A stretch of 64,000 bases of DNA from an uncultured delta proteobacterium (GTDB lineage: Bacteria; Desulfobacterota; Desulfomonilia; Desulfomonilales; Desulfomonilaceae): assembly GCA_963789265.1 (NCBI GenBank), contig CAWBKB010000001.1, positions 992,001 to 1,056,000 of the forward strand. Reading direction: 5' to 3'. The notes beneath the pieces were generated by a model. It made no database searches, was not told where the DNA came from, and saw only the letters and a list, made by a program, of their open reading frames with translations. Shown here piece after piece: positions 41,421 through 52,604 of the stretch (position 1 is its first letter; the number at the start of each line of letters is the position of its first letter). The position numbers and the translations under genes were made by a program.

Positions 41421-41819
41421 TAGAGTTCCTTTCTTATCAGGCTCGGCATAGGTACTGCAGCCGCCAAGCCGATTGGCTGTCCCTCGGCCGGGGACAAGGC
41501 CGCAACCGGTTCAGTTTTCAATGCAGAGATTATATCACGAATGTCGTAAAATCCCTGAAAGATTACCTCGATGAATCCACTCACGCCCGTACGCGTCATG
41601 AAATGTTATAGGGGCCAATCCTGAGCAGTCAAAATCCCAATGCACTCCGGGGTAAGTTGCCCCAAAATTGTCTGACGTTGGTATAGCGTGACCAGAAACG
41701 CTTCGACGCGGGTAGGTCACCCTCTGGACAAAGATTCTGCTCTAATGGTAGACCGATTTCAAGCCTTTTGATCCGGGGACCCGTTCTCCGGCTGCGCTGT
41801 GGTATTCATGGAGGGATTC

Positions 41820-42731
41820 ATGCACGTGATTTCAGCAAGTAGACGCACCGATATTCCGGCCTTTCATGCTGAATGGTTTATGCGGAGAATACGCGCGGAG
41901 AGCGTCCGTGTACTTTCACCGTTTGGAGGTGGAGTAAATGAAGTATCCCTTGCTCAGGAGGACGTAATTGCCATTGTTTTCTGGACCAAGAACGCCGCGC
42001 CCCTGTGGCCTTATCTGGATGAATTGACAGATAGGGGACATTGCTTCACGTTTCTCTATACTATAAACAATTATCCTGCTTTCCTGGAACCAAGAGTTCC
42101 GGACAGAGGTCACACTTTGAAAGTAGTGGAACTGCTGATTCGGCGATTTTCAGCATCAGTTTTCAGATGGAGGTACGATACGATAGTCCTTACGAATGTG
42201 CTGAACCGCGGATGGCATCTCCAAAACTTCCGCAAGCTGTGTCGCCTGCTTTCGCCTTTCACGACTGAATGCATTTTCAGCTTTTGCGACTATTACAAGA
42301 AAACCGCGAGAAATATGGAGCGCAGAGTGATCAATGAGCACAGGCCATGCGAAGTGGAATGCATTGAAATTGCCACAGAAATGGCTGACGTGGCGCGAGA
42401 GTGGGGGATTTCTCTCGCATCGTGTGCTCACGATTTTCTCGTCTCGGATAAGATATCCAAAGCACGGTGCATTGACCCGATGGCCCTTGCTCGGGTAGTA
42501 AATTCTCCTGAAAGAAAGCTTGCCTTGACTACCCTCAAAACATCTCCGACAAGAAAAGACTGCGGCTGCGCGGCCTCGAGAGACATAGGCGCATACGACA
42601 CGTGCGTTCATGGATGCGTCTACTGTTATGCCAACAGTAACCCCGAACTCTCGGAGAAGAATCGCTCCCTAATCATGCCGGATTGCCCTTGCCTGGACCC
42701 CAGAGCCGGCAAATATCGGGCCCTAGCATGA
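41820..42731 (+). CDS. DUF1848 family protein
   Basis: ISASRRTDIPAF, FWTKN, WRYD and DIGAYDTCVHGCVYCYA motifs. Confidence 0.9.
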   Translation: MHVISASRRTDIPAFHAEWFMRRIRAESVRVLSPFGGGVNEVSLAQEDVIAIVFWTKNAAPLWPYLDELTDRGHCFTFLYTINNYPAFLEPRVPDRGHTLKVVELLIRRFSASVFRWRYDTIVLTNVLNRGWHLQNFRKLCRLLSPFTTECIFSFCDYYKKTARNMERRVINEHRPCEVECIEIATEMADVAREWGISLASCAHDFLVSDKISKARCIDPMALARVVNSPERKLALTTLKTSPTRKDCGCAASRDIGAYDTCVHGCVYCYANSNPELSEKNRSLIMPDCPCLDPRAGKYRALA

Positions 42732-43132
42732 CAACGAAAACCATTTGTGTATTGTTCGCGAGCCTCGTTCTCGCGATGCTTTTCCATTCGCCTGTCTTTT
42801 CCAATAATCGGGACGGAGGTAGTATCAAAGGGCTATGGCAGCTCGCAAGTGTAATGCCCGCAGGGGTCCCGACCGAAGAAAGGCCGGAAGTTCTGAGCGG
42901 TAGCCTCTTTTATTGGTTCACGCCTGACGGCCGCGTCACCCTGTTAGACGATACAGATGGTGGGATAAAGCGGCAGCGGGGCGTGTGGCGACAACGCGGG
43001 GATCAGATAGTGATAGTCTGGGAATCCGGACTACGTCTTTCGATAAAGGTTGTCAAATCGGAAAAAGGCTCTATCATATTGTCAGGCTTTGATGTACGCC
43101 CCCTTTGGTTTCGGTTTATCCGATACTTTTGA
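42728..43132 (+). CDS. Exported hypothetical protein (lipocalin-like beta-barrel possible)
   Basis: Signal peptide, IKGLWQL..GVW; ATGA overlap with the upstream gene. Confidence 0.55.
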   Translation: MTTKTICVLFASLVLAMLFHSPVFSNNRDGGSIKGLWQLASVMPAGVPTEERPEVLSGSLFYWFTPDGRVTLLDDTDGGIKRQRGVWRQRGDQIVIVWESGLRLSIKVVKSEKGSIILSGFDVRPLWFRFIRYF

Positions 43133-43162
43133 GAAGGGAAGGCTAACGAGGGCGAGAGAATT

Positions 43163-44209
43163 TTGCACGAGCCGGAACTAGCTAATAACATTGTCGAAAT
43201 TGCGTATGAGAGTTACAACGATTGTGAAGAGTCTTTTGATGACCCGTTCGCCGATGCTAATGTTGAGCCTGAGGAACCGGAATCCGTTCTCGCGGTCCAC
43301 AAAGACACCATCCTAAAATACTGCATCATCGCATCCTGCGTGCTACACATTGTGCTGTTCATCGCCATTCCACGTATGGCAAAGTTGACGCCGGCAAAAT
43401 CGCTTCTCAGAGCCGGTGAAAAAGTGACCCCGGTAAGGCTGGTGGAATCCCCTCCCGAGCCCAAGAAACGGGAGCCCCCCCCGCTTAAAGCTTCTGCGAT
43501 TTCCGACAGAAATCATACCGCTCTCCGCCAAAGGCTTCCCAAGATGCTCCCCGCCCCTACGCCACCTCTAGGGAAGATGGAACCTCTGCAGCAAAAGTTG
43601 GCGGCATTGCCGCCTCCTGCAGTCCCGGAGGACCTTGTCAAGCCTAAGGAGGAGAAGCGCCCCAAAGAAGAAAATCTCAAGCACCCCGCTCCGGCGAAGC
43701 ACACTTACCAGAACCGCCTGAAACGCACCGATTCGATAGATCAGCACAATCTACCCAAACCCCATAGAAGGGTGAACGTTGACCTTAGACCGACGCCGGA
43801 AGATATACGCAGAGGACTTTCCCCGTCGGGAGGGTCGCCGGATTTCTTTCCCAAGGGAGACGCCGACGAAGCTGTTGTTGACATAAATACCCGTGACGAC
43901 AAGTTTTTTTCTTATCTGCTTCAATTGAAGCGGAAGATACAAGCGGTTTGGACTTATCCGTCCGCGGCCGCTCGCGCCGGAATAGGAGGGAGCTTGACCC
44001 TGGAGTTCTCCATTGCGAAAACGGGACAACTACTGGGAGTGAATCTCCTGGATTCTTCGGGCCACACCATACTCGACGAATCCGCGATGAGTGCGATCAA
44101 GAACGCAGCTCCATATTACCCGTTTCCTCCACGATTGCATGCAAAGAGATTACGTGTCAGAGCTAATTTTATTTATGTTACCGGCAATTTTGTTAGAAGC
44201 ATAATGTAG
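43163..44209 (+). CDS. TonB-family energy transducer
   Basis: TM with S..LH, Pro/Lys-rich linker, YP..A...G..G, SSG..ILD.SA C-terminal domain. Confidence 0.85.
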   Translation: MHEPELANNIVEIAYESYNDCEESFDDPFADANVEPEEPESVLAVHKDTILKYCIIASCVLHIVLFIAIPRMAKLTPAKSLLRAGEKVTPVRLVESPPEPKKREPPPLKASAISDRNHTALRQRLPKMLPAPTPPLGKMEPLQQKLAALPPPAVPEDLVKPKEEKRPKEENLKHPAPAKHTYQNRLKRTDSIDQHNLPKPHRRVNVDLRPTPEDIRRGLSPSGGSPDFFPKGDADEAVVDINTRDDKFFSYLLQLKRKIQAVWTYPSAAARAGIGGSLTLEFSIAKTGQLLGVNLLDSSGHTILDESAMSAIKNAAPYYPFPPRLHAKRLRVRANFIYVTGNFVRSIM

Positions 44210-44255
44210 AATTTTAACGACGGCGCTCGTATTAGGTCGGCCCGGTCCGGAACTC

Positions 44256-44648
44256 CTACTCTTTCTCCCGGCTCTTCACTAACTTGTCGTAAGTTTTATG
44301 GTTCATTAACTCCTCAATTTCGTCCGGGTCGGAAGGTTCCACAATAATCAGCCATCCATCTCCATAAGGGTCGTCCGTAAGGGTTTCCGGAGATTCGCTC
44401 AGCAAGTTATTGCACTCCAGGACTATTCCTGAAATAGGGGCCAGGAGATCTGTCACGGCTTTGCTCGTCTCGACAATTCCGAACGGTCTGTTTTTGCTCA
44501 AGGCATCGTCGACTTGGGGCAATTCGATGTAATCCACTTCCCCCAATTCTTCCCTGGCATAATCGCTGATACCGATCAGTGCCTGGTCTTTTTCCAATTT
44601 GACCCAAAGATGATCCTCAGAGTAAAGCCGATCCGCCGGGAATTCCAT
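44256..44648 (-). CDS. gcvH: Glycine cleavage H / lipoyl-carrier protein
   Basis: YSEDHLWV, GISDYA..LG, ETSKAV lipoyl lysine, DPYGDGW; RBS AAGGAG. Confidence 0.92.
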   Translation of the reverse strand: MEFPADRLYSEDHLWVKLEKDQALIGISDYAREELGEVDYIELPQVDDALSKNRPFGIVETSKAVTDLLAPISGIVLECNNLLSESPETLTDDPYGDGWLIIVEPSDPDEIEELMNHKTYDKLVKSREKE

Positions 44649-44975
44649 GACACGCTCCTTAAATTGTGGAACAGCGGCGCCATATTGCCCAAAACACTGA
44701 ATCTTGTCAAATGATATCCCTGTCAATTGGAAGGGGCTTCCCATGCCGACAACCTTGCGTGCATACGCATAACATCTGGAAATATCGGGTGTTACTTCAA
44801 ACATCAGGCCAAAAACTCCATCTGATGCCTTCTCTGTTCCTGTCGAAAGGTTGAAGGATCGCACTCAATGGATTATCATAGTCCGGAGGGTTTGGAACTC
44901 GACATTTATCTCGGGGAATGCATCGAGCCCGAGCGTTCGCATCGAGATTTCATTTTCGTTCTATGGGAGGAGAAG

Positions 44976-45242
44976 ATGAAGGACGGTTGTTTAACGATCC
45001 TGTTGATCTTCTTGTTGTTCTGCGCAAATCAGCCCTGCCGTGCCGAAGAGTTCGCCGGAAAGCTCGAGCGCGTCGATATTGACACTGTCACTATCTTGGG
45101 TTGCGGCAATCGTAGGCTGGTAATTAGGGTTGACAGGGGAAGCCGCCTGGCAGCGGCTCCGTTTCTGGGCAAATGGGTGACCGTGGACCTCACCACCGCC
45201 GGCGGGGAATACCAAGCCGTCCGGTTCCGGTCTTGTCGGTAG
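44976..45242 (+). CDS. Small exported hypothetical protein
   Basis: GGAGG RBS, signal-peptide-like N-terminus. Confidence 0.55.
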   Translation: MKDGCLTILLIFLLFCANQPCRAEEFAGKLERVDIDTVTILGCGNRRLVIRVDRGSRLAAAPFLGKWVTVDLTTAGGEYQAVRFRSCR

Positions 45243-45246
45243 ACCT

Positions 45247-45455
45247 TATACCATTTCGCAATTCAACAAGTAACTTGCAGATACGGAAAGCTCATCATTG
45301 ACCTGACCTTAGTCGGATTGGTGTGAAGATCTCGTAGTCCTTTGCACGGAGCCTGTTCAACGCCCTCCAGTGACGTGAACGCTTTGTTTGGGAGGTGATT
45401 TTCCCTCAAATCCTCCCACAAATGCTCTACCGGATTGAGTTCCGGGCTGTGTGAC
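45247..45455 (-). mobile_element. IS630-family transposase 3' remnant
   Basis: HSPELNPVEHLW DDE motif; end sequence AAATGGTATA. Confidence 0.75.
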
Positions 45456-45506
45456 GGCTGCCGGATGGACCTGTGCCATGGCGATGCAGCCGGCCGAGGG
45501 GATGAT

Positions 45507-46655
45507 TCACTTCGAACTGTCCTTGATGGGCCGTACCACACATCCGGGTTCGAGGTCCTCTCCGACGTTGAGTGCCACTAGATCTCCGGCGTGGACCCCC
45601 TTGCACAGTTTTGCGACTTTGCCATCGTTATCGTAGATCGTAACCGGGCACAGAGTGAGTTTGTTGTCAGACCCAACCACTGCCACAAACTGCATCTTGC
45701 CGCGAGTCACCAAGGCTCCAACAGGAACGTCGGCCGTCGCCGCATTCTGCACCGACAAAGAAACCCGGACGAAACTGCCGGGCACTATTTGCATGCCATG
45801 ATTATCGACATCAATCTCAACCCTGAGTGTTTGCGTCTTCAGGTCAAGCGCTCCGCTGGTACGAGTGACACTGCCGGGGATCTTTTTGTCCGGTCGCGCC
45901 GGCTCCCAAATTTCGGCTTGATCTCCGACTTGTACTAGTGAAGCAGTCTTTGCGTGGGGATACACGTATACTCGCAGTCGATCTGTTTGCGCAAGCGTAA
46001 CAACGGGCAAATCCGGGCTCTCCTCTTGCACGGCTTGTTGAATCAGTGCACCCGGGTCCGCGAAGCGGGCGGTGACAATTCCCGAAAACGGCGCACGTAT
46101 CTCCTGGTAGTCTTTCTCAGTCTTCAAAGCGGCAGCCTCGGACTCCGCGACCTCGGCCGCAGACTCCTCCTTATCAAATTGTTCCTCCGAAATGGATCCG
46201 CTCTTAATGAGAAACTGTCCACGACCCGCGTCAAGCCGTTTGTCCTTGGCATTGGCGATAGCAGCGTCGTACTGCTGATCGAGCTCCGGGGACTCAACAA
46301 CAGCCAAAAGGTCACCGGCCGATACCTTATCGCCCTTATCCACGTTAATTTTCTTCAGGTACCCGCTGATTTTCGAGTACAGGGTTACGCTCAAGTACGG
46401 ATCTGCCTCCCCGGTCAGGGTGACAGATTCGGTTGCCGGACTGGGCGTTGCTGAAACGACCCGAACTTCCGAAATGGCCGTCAACTCGTGAACCACCGAT
46501 TTGGTGACGTGAGTCTTCACTGAATGCCGATGTCGTACATTCAGGCCGGTATAAATGCTGACAACCACGGCAGCGGGGAGGACGAATGCGTAAATGAGTG
46601 TGGAGCTAGACAGCTCAATTTTCTTGGAAAGGAATGCGGGAATTCTAAGACTCAT
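45507..46655 (-). CDS. RND efflux periplasmic adaptor (MFP)
   Basis: N-terminal TM, SGYL..I.VDKGD.V, IRAPFSG. Confidence 0.9.
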   Translation of the reverse strand: MSLRIPAFLSKKIELSSSTLIYAFVLPAAVVVSIYTGLNVRHRHSVKTHVTKSVVHELTAISEVRVVSATPSPATESVTLTGEADPYLSVTLYSKISGYLKKINVDKGDKVSAGDLLAVVESPELDQQYDAAIANAKDKRLDAGRGQFLIKSGSISEEQFDKEESAAEVAESEAAALKTEKDYQEIRAPFSGIVTARFADPGALIQQAVQEESPDLPVVTLAQTDRLRVYVYPHAKTASLVQVGDQAEIWEPARPDKKIPGSVTRTSGALDLKTQTLRVEIDVDNHGMQIVPGSFVRVSLSVQNAATADVPVGALVTRGKMQFVAVVGSDNKLTLCPVTIYDNDGKVAKLCKGVHAGDLVALNVGEDLEPGCVVRPIKDSSK

Positions 46656-46955
46656 GATGGGATTTACCTCTCTGATTCAATCTGACTCGCGCCCGTAAGC
46701 ACCTCTCGGGCAGCGATTCGTGGGCCAAACTTTTATGCCGACGGCAGCGTTTCAACAGTACCCGAGACACCCCCTATGGTCCCTCCATCATGACCTGTGG
46801 CAGTTTTGCCACCTCCGTTATACGTGTCCACATCATTGAATGCACGTCCAAAGTCATTGTTGGTTTGGTGTTCATGCCTAGACTCTCCGTCCTGGCCATG
46901 TTTACTTTCCTTATTAATGTAGCGGCATGTATCGTAGTGGACAGCTATCGGCGGC

Positions 46956-48093
46956 TCACCCGGAGGCTCTCACCGGTACCGGTTGCACCACGTGTCCATC
47001 TTCGACGCTATCTCCAACATGCAGCCCGACGCGCTCTCCAGCTTTCAAGCCTGAACTCAGTCTAACCATTATGCCGTTGGTGTAATAAATAGTTACGGGA
47101 CGAATTGTGACCCTGTTGTCATTGTCGATCACCGGCACGAAATATTTGTTTCCGCGTATGATCAGGGCCTCGACCGGGACTTCCACCGTGGCCGGTGACG
47201 TACACCGAAAGAGAAACTTGAACGAAAGTACCAGGGGCTACTTGCATGCCGGGATTGTCCAAATCGATCTCTACCAGCATCGTCCGGGTCTTGGGATCGA
47301 TTTCTCCACTAATGCGGTCCACCTTGCCGTTGATCTTAAAGCCCGGATGCGCCGAGTCCCAGATCTCTGCATGATCTCCTAGCTTGACCAGGCCGGAGAT
47401 ATTTTGATCACAATAGATGTACACTCGCAGTCGGTCGTCTTCAGCCAATCTTATAATAGGCATTGTTCGCGTCTCTCGCTGGACCGATCCTTGCAAGAGT
47501 GCGCCGGGGTCTACATAGCGGGCGGTAACAATTCCCGTAAACGGGGCGCGAATATACTGATAGTCCCTTTCCGTCTTCAGCGCTGCAGCTTTGGACTCTG
47601 CGACTTTGGCAGCGGATACCTTGTGTTCAAGATCCTGGTCCGAAATCGATCCGCTCTTGATAAGGGCCTGTGCGTCGTCGGCGTCCATACGTTTATTCTT
47701 TGCATCTGCGACGGCGGCCTCGTATTTCTGGTCAAGCTCAGGGGATTCAATTTCGGCGATAAGCTGCCCGGCTGAGATCTTATCGCCTTTGTCCACTTTG
47801 ATATCCTTTAAATACCCACTGACCTTGGAGTAGATAGTCACATCCAGGTAGGGCCACGCCTCTCCGGTGAGCCTAACAGATTCGGTTGCAGCGCCGGGAG
47901 TCGCGGAAACGACTTGAACGCGAGGGCCGGCCTTCAGGCTCGCCACTCTAGATTGCTCCGAATGCTCGTGCCATGATTGCTGGTCAGCCCATAGGCTGGC
48001 GACCACCACAACCGGAAGGGCCAACCCCAGACCGCACAGCCCAAGAGATCGCATGACCGTTTTGTAATTCCAATTGGTTCGTTTACGAATCAT
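46956..48093 (-). CDS. Second RND periplasmic adaptor, 1-nt frameshift near 47201
   Basis: Paralog of 45507-46655; C-terminus continues in ORF 46956-47186. Confidence 0.85.
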
Positions 48094-48146
48094 CTCTCTC
48101 TCACTCCACTAACTCGTCTCTGGTACCTGCCTGGAATCGCCTAGTC

Positions 48147-48398
48147 TTTCGCTATGTTGATCGTTCTGGTGAACCACCAGTGTCTCAGTGGCAAAGCTGC
48201 CGACTCATCTGAAGGGCCACTTCCGGGATATGCCTAGTGCAACCGGTGAAAAACCAAGGGTCCCAAGCTCCATAACCTGAACCGTTTCTACCCGAACATA
48301 AGCACAAATGAGGGGGTTACAGGGCTCCCTCTGTTGGGTATTCGTCCTTGACTCTTACGAGAGGTAGTCTGGCAGTGGGTACTTTCACTGTCAAGTTT
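48147..48398 (-). promoter_or_regulatory. Duplicated promoter/leader, copy 1
   Basis: TTGACA-17-CAGACT then blocks shared with 52104-52350. Confidence 0.55.
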
Positions 48399-48561
48399 CG
48401 AAACCGTTAAGCATGTTATCATTCCGTTAGGTAATTGGACCGCATGGGGCAAACTTCCCGTGGCGGATCGTGTGACACCCGTAAGGATTGACTTCGCGTT
48501 TCGCGAACCCTCGGGCGGGGCACCGGTGAATACATGGTGAATCTCGTAATAGCGAGTCATT

Positions 48562-51500
48562 TTAGCTCACTATCTCACCGCAGGCACCCGCCTTGAAACG
48601 TTCTTCCAAAAGGTGTTTGCCGGGAAGTTTGGTCCGCAACATTGAATAGATTACAGGTACCAAAAACAGAGTTGCCACTGTGGCAAAAATCAGGCCTCCC
48701 ACGACTGCTCGACCCAACGGAGCGTTCTGCTCGCCGCCTTCACCCATGCCCAATGCCATCGGAAGCATGCCGATAATCATGGCCAAAGCAGTCATCAGTA
48801 CCGGTCTGAGGCGGGTTCTGCCGGCTTCCAGTGCGGCCGCTAAAGAGGAACCCCCTTTCTCCACTCGGATGTCATTTGCAAAACTGACCACCAGTATCGA
48901 GTTCGCGGTCGCAATGCCAACTGCCATTATGGAGCCCATAAGCGACTCCACGTTTATAGTGGTCCCAGTGAGGGCCAGCATCCATAAAATTCCGGCAAGG
49001 GCTGCAGGAATTGCCATCATAATGATGAACGGATCAAGGGCTGACTGGAAAAGCACCATCATCAAAAGGAACACAAGCAGAATTGCGAGGACCAGTCCGA
49101 TGCCTAGACTGCGAAACGAATATTTCATAATCTGACTTTGTCCCCGGACATTGATTTTTGTTCCCGCAGGCAGAGTCCCCAATTCCGCTATCTTCCGTTG
49201 GATGTCCGCTGCGACGGAACCCAAGTCCCGTCCTTCCACGTTGGCATCCACGTTCAGCACCCTCTGTATTGTGTGGTGATCGACGTCCTCGGGGCCTGCT
49301 AAGTTGGTAATCTCTGCGACGTTTCTCAGCACCTGGGTGGGTATATGCGGAAGATCCCTTGACGGTGGTAAGGACCCCTGAGGCCGCGGGTTTTCACTCC
49401 CTGGGACCGCGGAACCCTGCGGTTTAAACAATGTGCCCCGCGCCGAAGGAGTTAAAGGAATGTTTGCTAGGCTCTGGACGGAATTCACTTGATCCAACGG
49501 AATCTGAACCGCGACCGGGTAGTTGACGCTGTTTTTCGGGTTCAGGTAAAAGGAGGGCGAAATTATGAGGCTTGACGACAATCCCACGAGAACGCTGTCC
49601 GCAACGTCGTGCTGCGTCATCCCGAGTTCTCCCGCCTTTGTTCTGTCTACCTCTACGTGCAGTGTGGGGTAATTAAGGACTTGTTTTATGTGTACGTCTG
49701 CTGCGCCGGGAATCTTGAAGATTGCGTCCCTTACTCGCTTGGCGTACTCGTATGCTCGATCGAATTTCACATCCTCGATTTGCACGTCGATGGTGGAACT
49801 GAGACCAAAGTTCAGCACCTGTGTAATAATGTCTGCCGCTTGAAAATAGAAGGTAGAGCCGGGAAAGTCATGCGCAAGGACTTTCCGGAGTTTCCGCTTG
49901 TAGAGCGATGTGGGGTGATGGTCCTTTTTCAGGGCAATGAGGATGTCGGCATCCATTTCACCAATATTGTCGGTCTGGACGAATGCCAGGCTGGTAAAAC
50001 CTGGCACCCCGATCATCGAATTAATTGTAGAGATCTCTCGGGCAGGGATCACGCTTCTAATTCGATGTTCCACCTTTGCAACCAGACGCTCGGTTTCCTC
50101 AATACGCGTCCCCGCCGGGGCTCGAAAGTGCAGCTTCATTAATCCCGCGTCAACGGATGGGAAGAAATCGGTCCCGATGACAAGAACTAAGCCGAAGCTG
50201 GCGATCATGAAACAGGTTGACACAACTAGCACTGTGCCACGATTACGAAGAGCCTTTTCCAGCAACGCGGAGTATGAAGCCTGGAATCGCTCGAAAGCTC
50301 GCTCCCGCCGCGAATTGAGCTTTCCGGCAAATGACCTCAGGAATCCCTTCGGAGCAATCTCGGCCGATGACCTGTCGGCCGCGAAATGATCCTGTTTCGC
50401 CATCAATTCGTAGGCCAATGCGGGTACGAGTGAGCGAGACAGCACGTACGACACGATCATGGCGATCACTACTGCCAATGCCAGAGGTATGAAAAGGAAC
50501 TTCGCCGCGCCGTACAGCAAAACCACGGGAAAAAAAACCACACAGATAGCCATTGTAGCCACGATTGTGGGTTCGGCGACCTCACGGGCGCCATCCAAAA
50601 TCGCAATGGTTAGCGGTTTGCCCAGCTCCTTATTGCGATGGATGTTCTCCACCATAACCGTGGCGTTATCAACGAGTATGCCAATTGATAGAGCGAGCCC
50701 GCCAAGGCTCATAAGGTTGATGCTGTGCCCCAACAGGTTCAACCCTATGATGGAAGCGAAGATTGCCAGCGGTATAGATACGATGACTGTTACCATGGCG
50801 CGCCAGTCACCCAAAAAGATTAGCACCATCAGCGATACCAGGATCGAGGCGAGAATCACCTCCCGTACCACCCCCTCGATGGCGGCTCGCACGAAAACGG
50901 ATTGATCGAAATCCAGTTTGAGTTCCAGGCCCTTGGGAGCTACGGCCTTGATCTCGGGCAAAAGGGCTCGAGTCGCATCAACCACGGCTAGAGTCGAGGC
51001 GTCCGCATGTTTCAAGATCGCAAGGTAGGTGGCGCGTTTCCCGTTCACCCGCACGATGTTGGTCTGTTCCGCGAAAGAGTCCGAGACCCGCGCCACATCG
51101 CCCAGGCAGACCACCGCATCGCCAACGAGTTTCACGGGAATCTGCTTGAACTCATCGACCAGACGAGGACTCGAATTGATGTCTACGTTGTACGTGCTCC
51201 GGCCAATGCGGGCAGTGCCGGCCGGTATGATAACGTTAGAAGCTTGGAGGGCACGGACGACGTCGGCCGGCGATAGACCCCTGGAAGCCAATGCTTGCGG
51301 ATCTATGTTGATCATTACCTGGCGAGTTTTTCCACCGAACGGGGCAGGAACGGACGTGCCGGGTATGCTGAACAGTGACACCCTAATAAAGTTCAAAGCG
51401 TAGTCGTATACTTGTTGTTCGGGAAGGGTTTTGCTCGATGCAGTTAGTTGCGCTACCGGAACGTTCGACGCGTTGAACTGAATGATCGTAGGGGGTTGCA

Positions 51501-51870
51501 TTCCCGGGGGTAGGACTCGGAGCACGGTACTAGATACCGCAGAAATCTGTGCGATTGCTCCCCCAATCTCGGTACCGGGGTGAAAGTATATCTTGACGAG
51601 ACCGACACCTGGAATCGACTGAGACTCTATCTTTTCAATGCCGTTGACCGTTGTAGAATACGAGCGCTCGCTGACAAAGACTACCCTGCTTTCCATGTCT
51701 TGGGGAGAAAGACCCGGATAATTCCACACGACCACGACTACAGGTAGATCTACTGAGGGAAAAATGTCGACGACCATTCTGGTCAGGGAAAGGATACCCA
51801 TGACCACGATTACCACTGCCATTGCCACCACTGTGTAAGGTCGGCGGAGGCCAAGTCGAACTAACCACAT
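48562..51870 (-). CDS. RND efflux permease (AcrB/CusA superfamily)
   Basis: GILVDNATVMVENI, RLRPVLMT, 1102 aa. Confidence 0.95.
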   Translation of the reverse strand: MWLVRLGLRRPYTVVAMAVVIVVMGILSLTRMVVDIFPSVDLPVVVVVWNYPGLSPQDMESRVVFVSERSYSTTVNGIEKIESQSIPGVGLVKIYFHPGTEIGGAIAQISAVSSTVLRVLPPGMQPPTIIQFNASNVPVAQLTASSKTLPEQQVYDYALNFIRVSLFSIPGTSVPAPFGGKTRQVMINIDPQALASRGLSPADVVRALQASNVIIPAGTARIGRSTYNVDINSSPRLVDEFKQIPVKLVGDAVVCLGDVARVSDSFAEQTNIVRVNGKRATYLAILKHADASTLAVVDATRALLPEIKAVAPKGLELKLDFDQSVFVRAAIEGVVREVILASILVSLMVLIFLGDWRAMVTVIVSIPLAIFASIIGLNLLGHSINLMSLGGLALSIGILVDNATVMVENIHRNKELGKPLTIAILDGAREVAEPTIVATMAICVVFFPVVLLYGAAKFLFIPLALAVVIAMIVSYVLSRSLVPALAYELMAKQDHFAADRSSAEIAPKGFLRSFAGKLNSRRERAFERFQASYSALLEKALRNRGTVLVVSTCFMIASFGLVLVIGTDFFPSVDAGLMKLHFRAPAGTRIEETERLVAKVEHRIRSVIPAREISTINSMIGVPGFTSLAFVQTDNIGEMDADILIALKKDHHPTSLYKRKLRKVLAHDFPGSTFYFQAADIITQVLNFGLSSTIDVQIEDVKFDRAYEYAKRVRDAIFKIPGAADVHIKQVLNYPTLHVEVDRTKAGELGMTQHDVADSVLVGLSSSLIISPSFYLNPKNSVNYPVAVQIPLDQVNSVQSLANIPLTPSARGTLFKPQGSAVPGSENPRPQGSLPPSRDLPHIPTQVLRNVAEITNLAGPEDVDHHTIQRVLNVDANVEGRDLGSVAADIQRKIAELGTLPAGTKINVRGQSQIMKYSFRSLGIGLVLAILLVFLLMMVLFQSALDPFIIMMAIPAALAGILWMLALTGTTINVESLMGSIMAVGIATANSILVVSFANDIRVEKGGSSLAAALEAGRTRLRPVLMTALAMIIGMLPMALGMGEGGEQNAPLGRAVVGGLIFATVATLFLVPVIYSMLRTKLPGKHLLEERFKAGACGEIVS

Positions 51871-52103
51871 TAGGTGCTCATCCTCTCACCCATCCGGGGT
51901 GTGGAATTGGTACGCTAAGGGCCACTACTCCTCCGTTGCGGGAGAAGGGTTGCCGGAACTCGTACACCGGGTGATATTGCTCGTCCTCATCAGGAGTTCG
52001 ATAGAACAATCTCACCCAAAACAATCGGTGGTCCTACAAAATGCAAGTTTCAACAACCAGCATTGCAGGCACTGTGGCTTACCGGAATTCGACCATGCTG
52101 TGG

Positions 52104-52350
52104 TTTCGCTATCTTGATCATTCCGTTGAACAGGCCGTGTCTCAGCGGCAATGCTGTCAAGTTACCTGAAGCGCCACTTCCGGGCCATGTCCCGCAGAGC
52201 AGGCACAAAGCCCAAGGGTCCCAAGCTCCATGGCCTAAACCACTTCCGCCAAACCGCAAACGAAAAGCGAACGTCGCTCCGCCCTTCGATATCCATCCGC
52301 CCCTTTGTGAAAAGTAGTGTCTGACGCTGAGTGCTTTCACTGTCAAGGTT
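52104..52350 (-). promoter_or_regulatory. Duplicated promoter/leader, copy 2
   Basis: TTGACAGTGAAAG start and collinear blocks shared with 48147-48398. Confidence 0.55.
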
Positions 52351-52604
52351 TGAGCTTACCCGGGATCTACCACTTCATCTTCCCGAGCGTAGTTTGACGG
52401 GCCGTAGGACACTATCCGGCCCTATACAAGCCTCGTCTGGTACCCTCAAATGGAGTACTCCTGAACAATGCCATGTGCTCCCATTGTTCTCGAACCTTGG
52501 CTGCCTCACTGAGGATAATGCAGGGTCCGCTCGGGACTCTTCCAGACATCCTCTTCGGTCAACCGAGTGGACCCCGCATTTCTTACTCGCTTAGGGAAAG
52601 GAGG

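Noticed and set aside
44649..44864. Long N-terminal extension of gcvH or a glycine riboswitch
   Set aside because: RBS and homology support a start at 44648; no glycine aptamer motifs seen
52200..52270. c-di-GMP-I riboswitch-like words on the plus strand
   Set aside because: Wrong orientation for the efflux genes and no P1 GNRA stem
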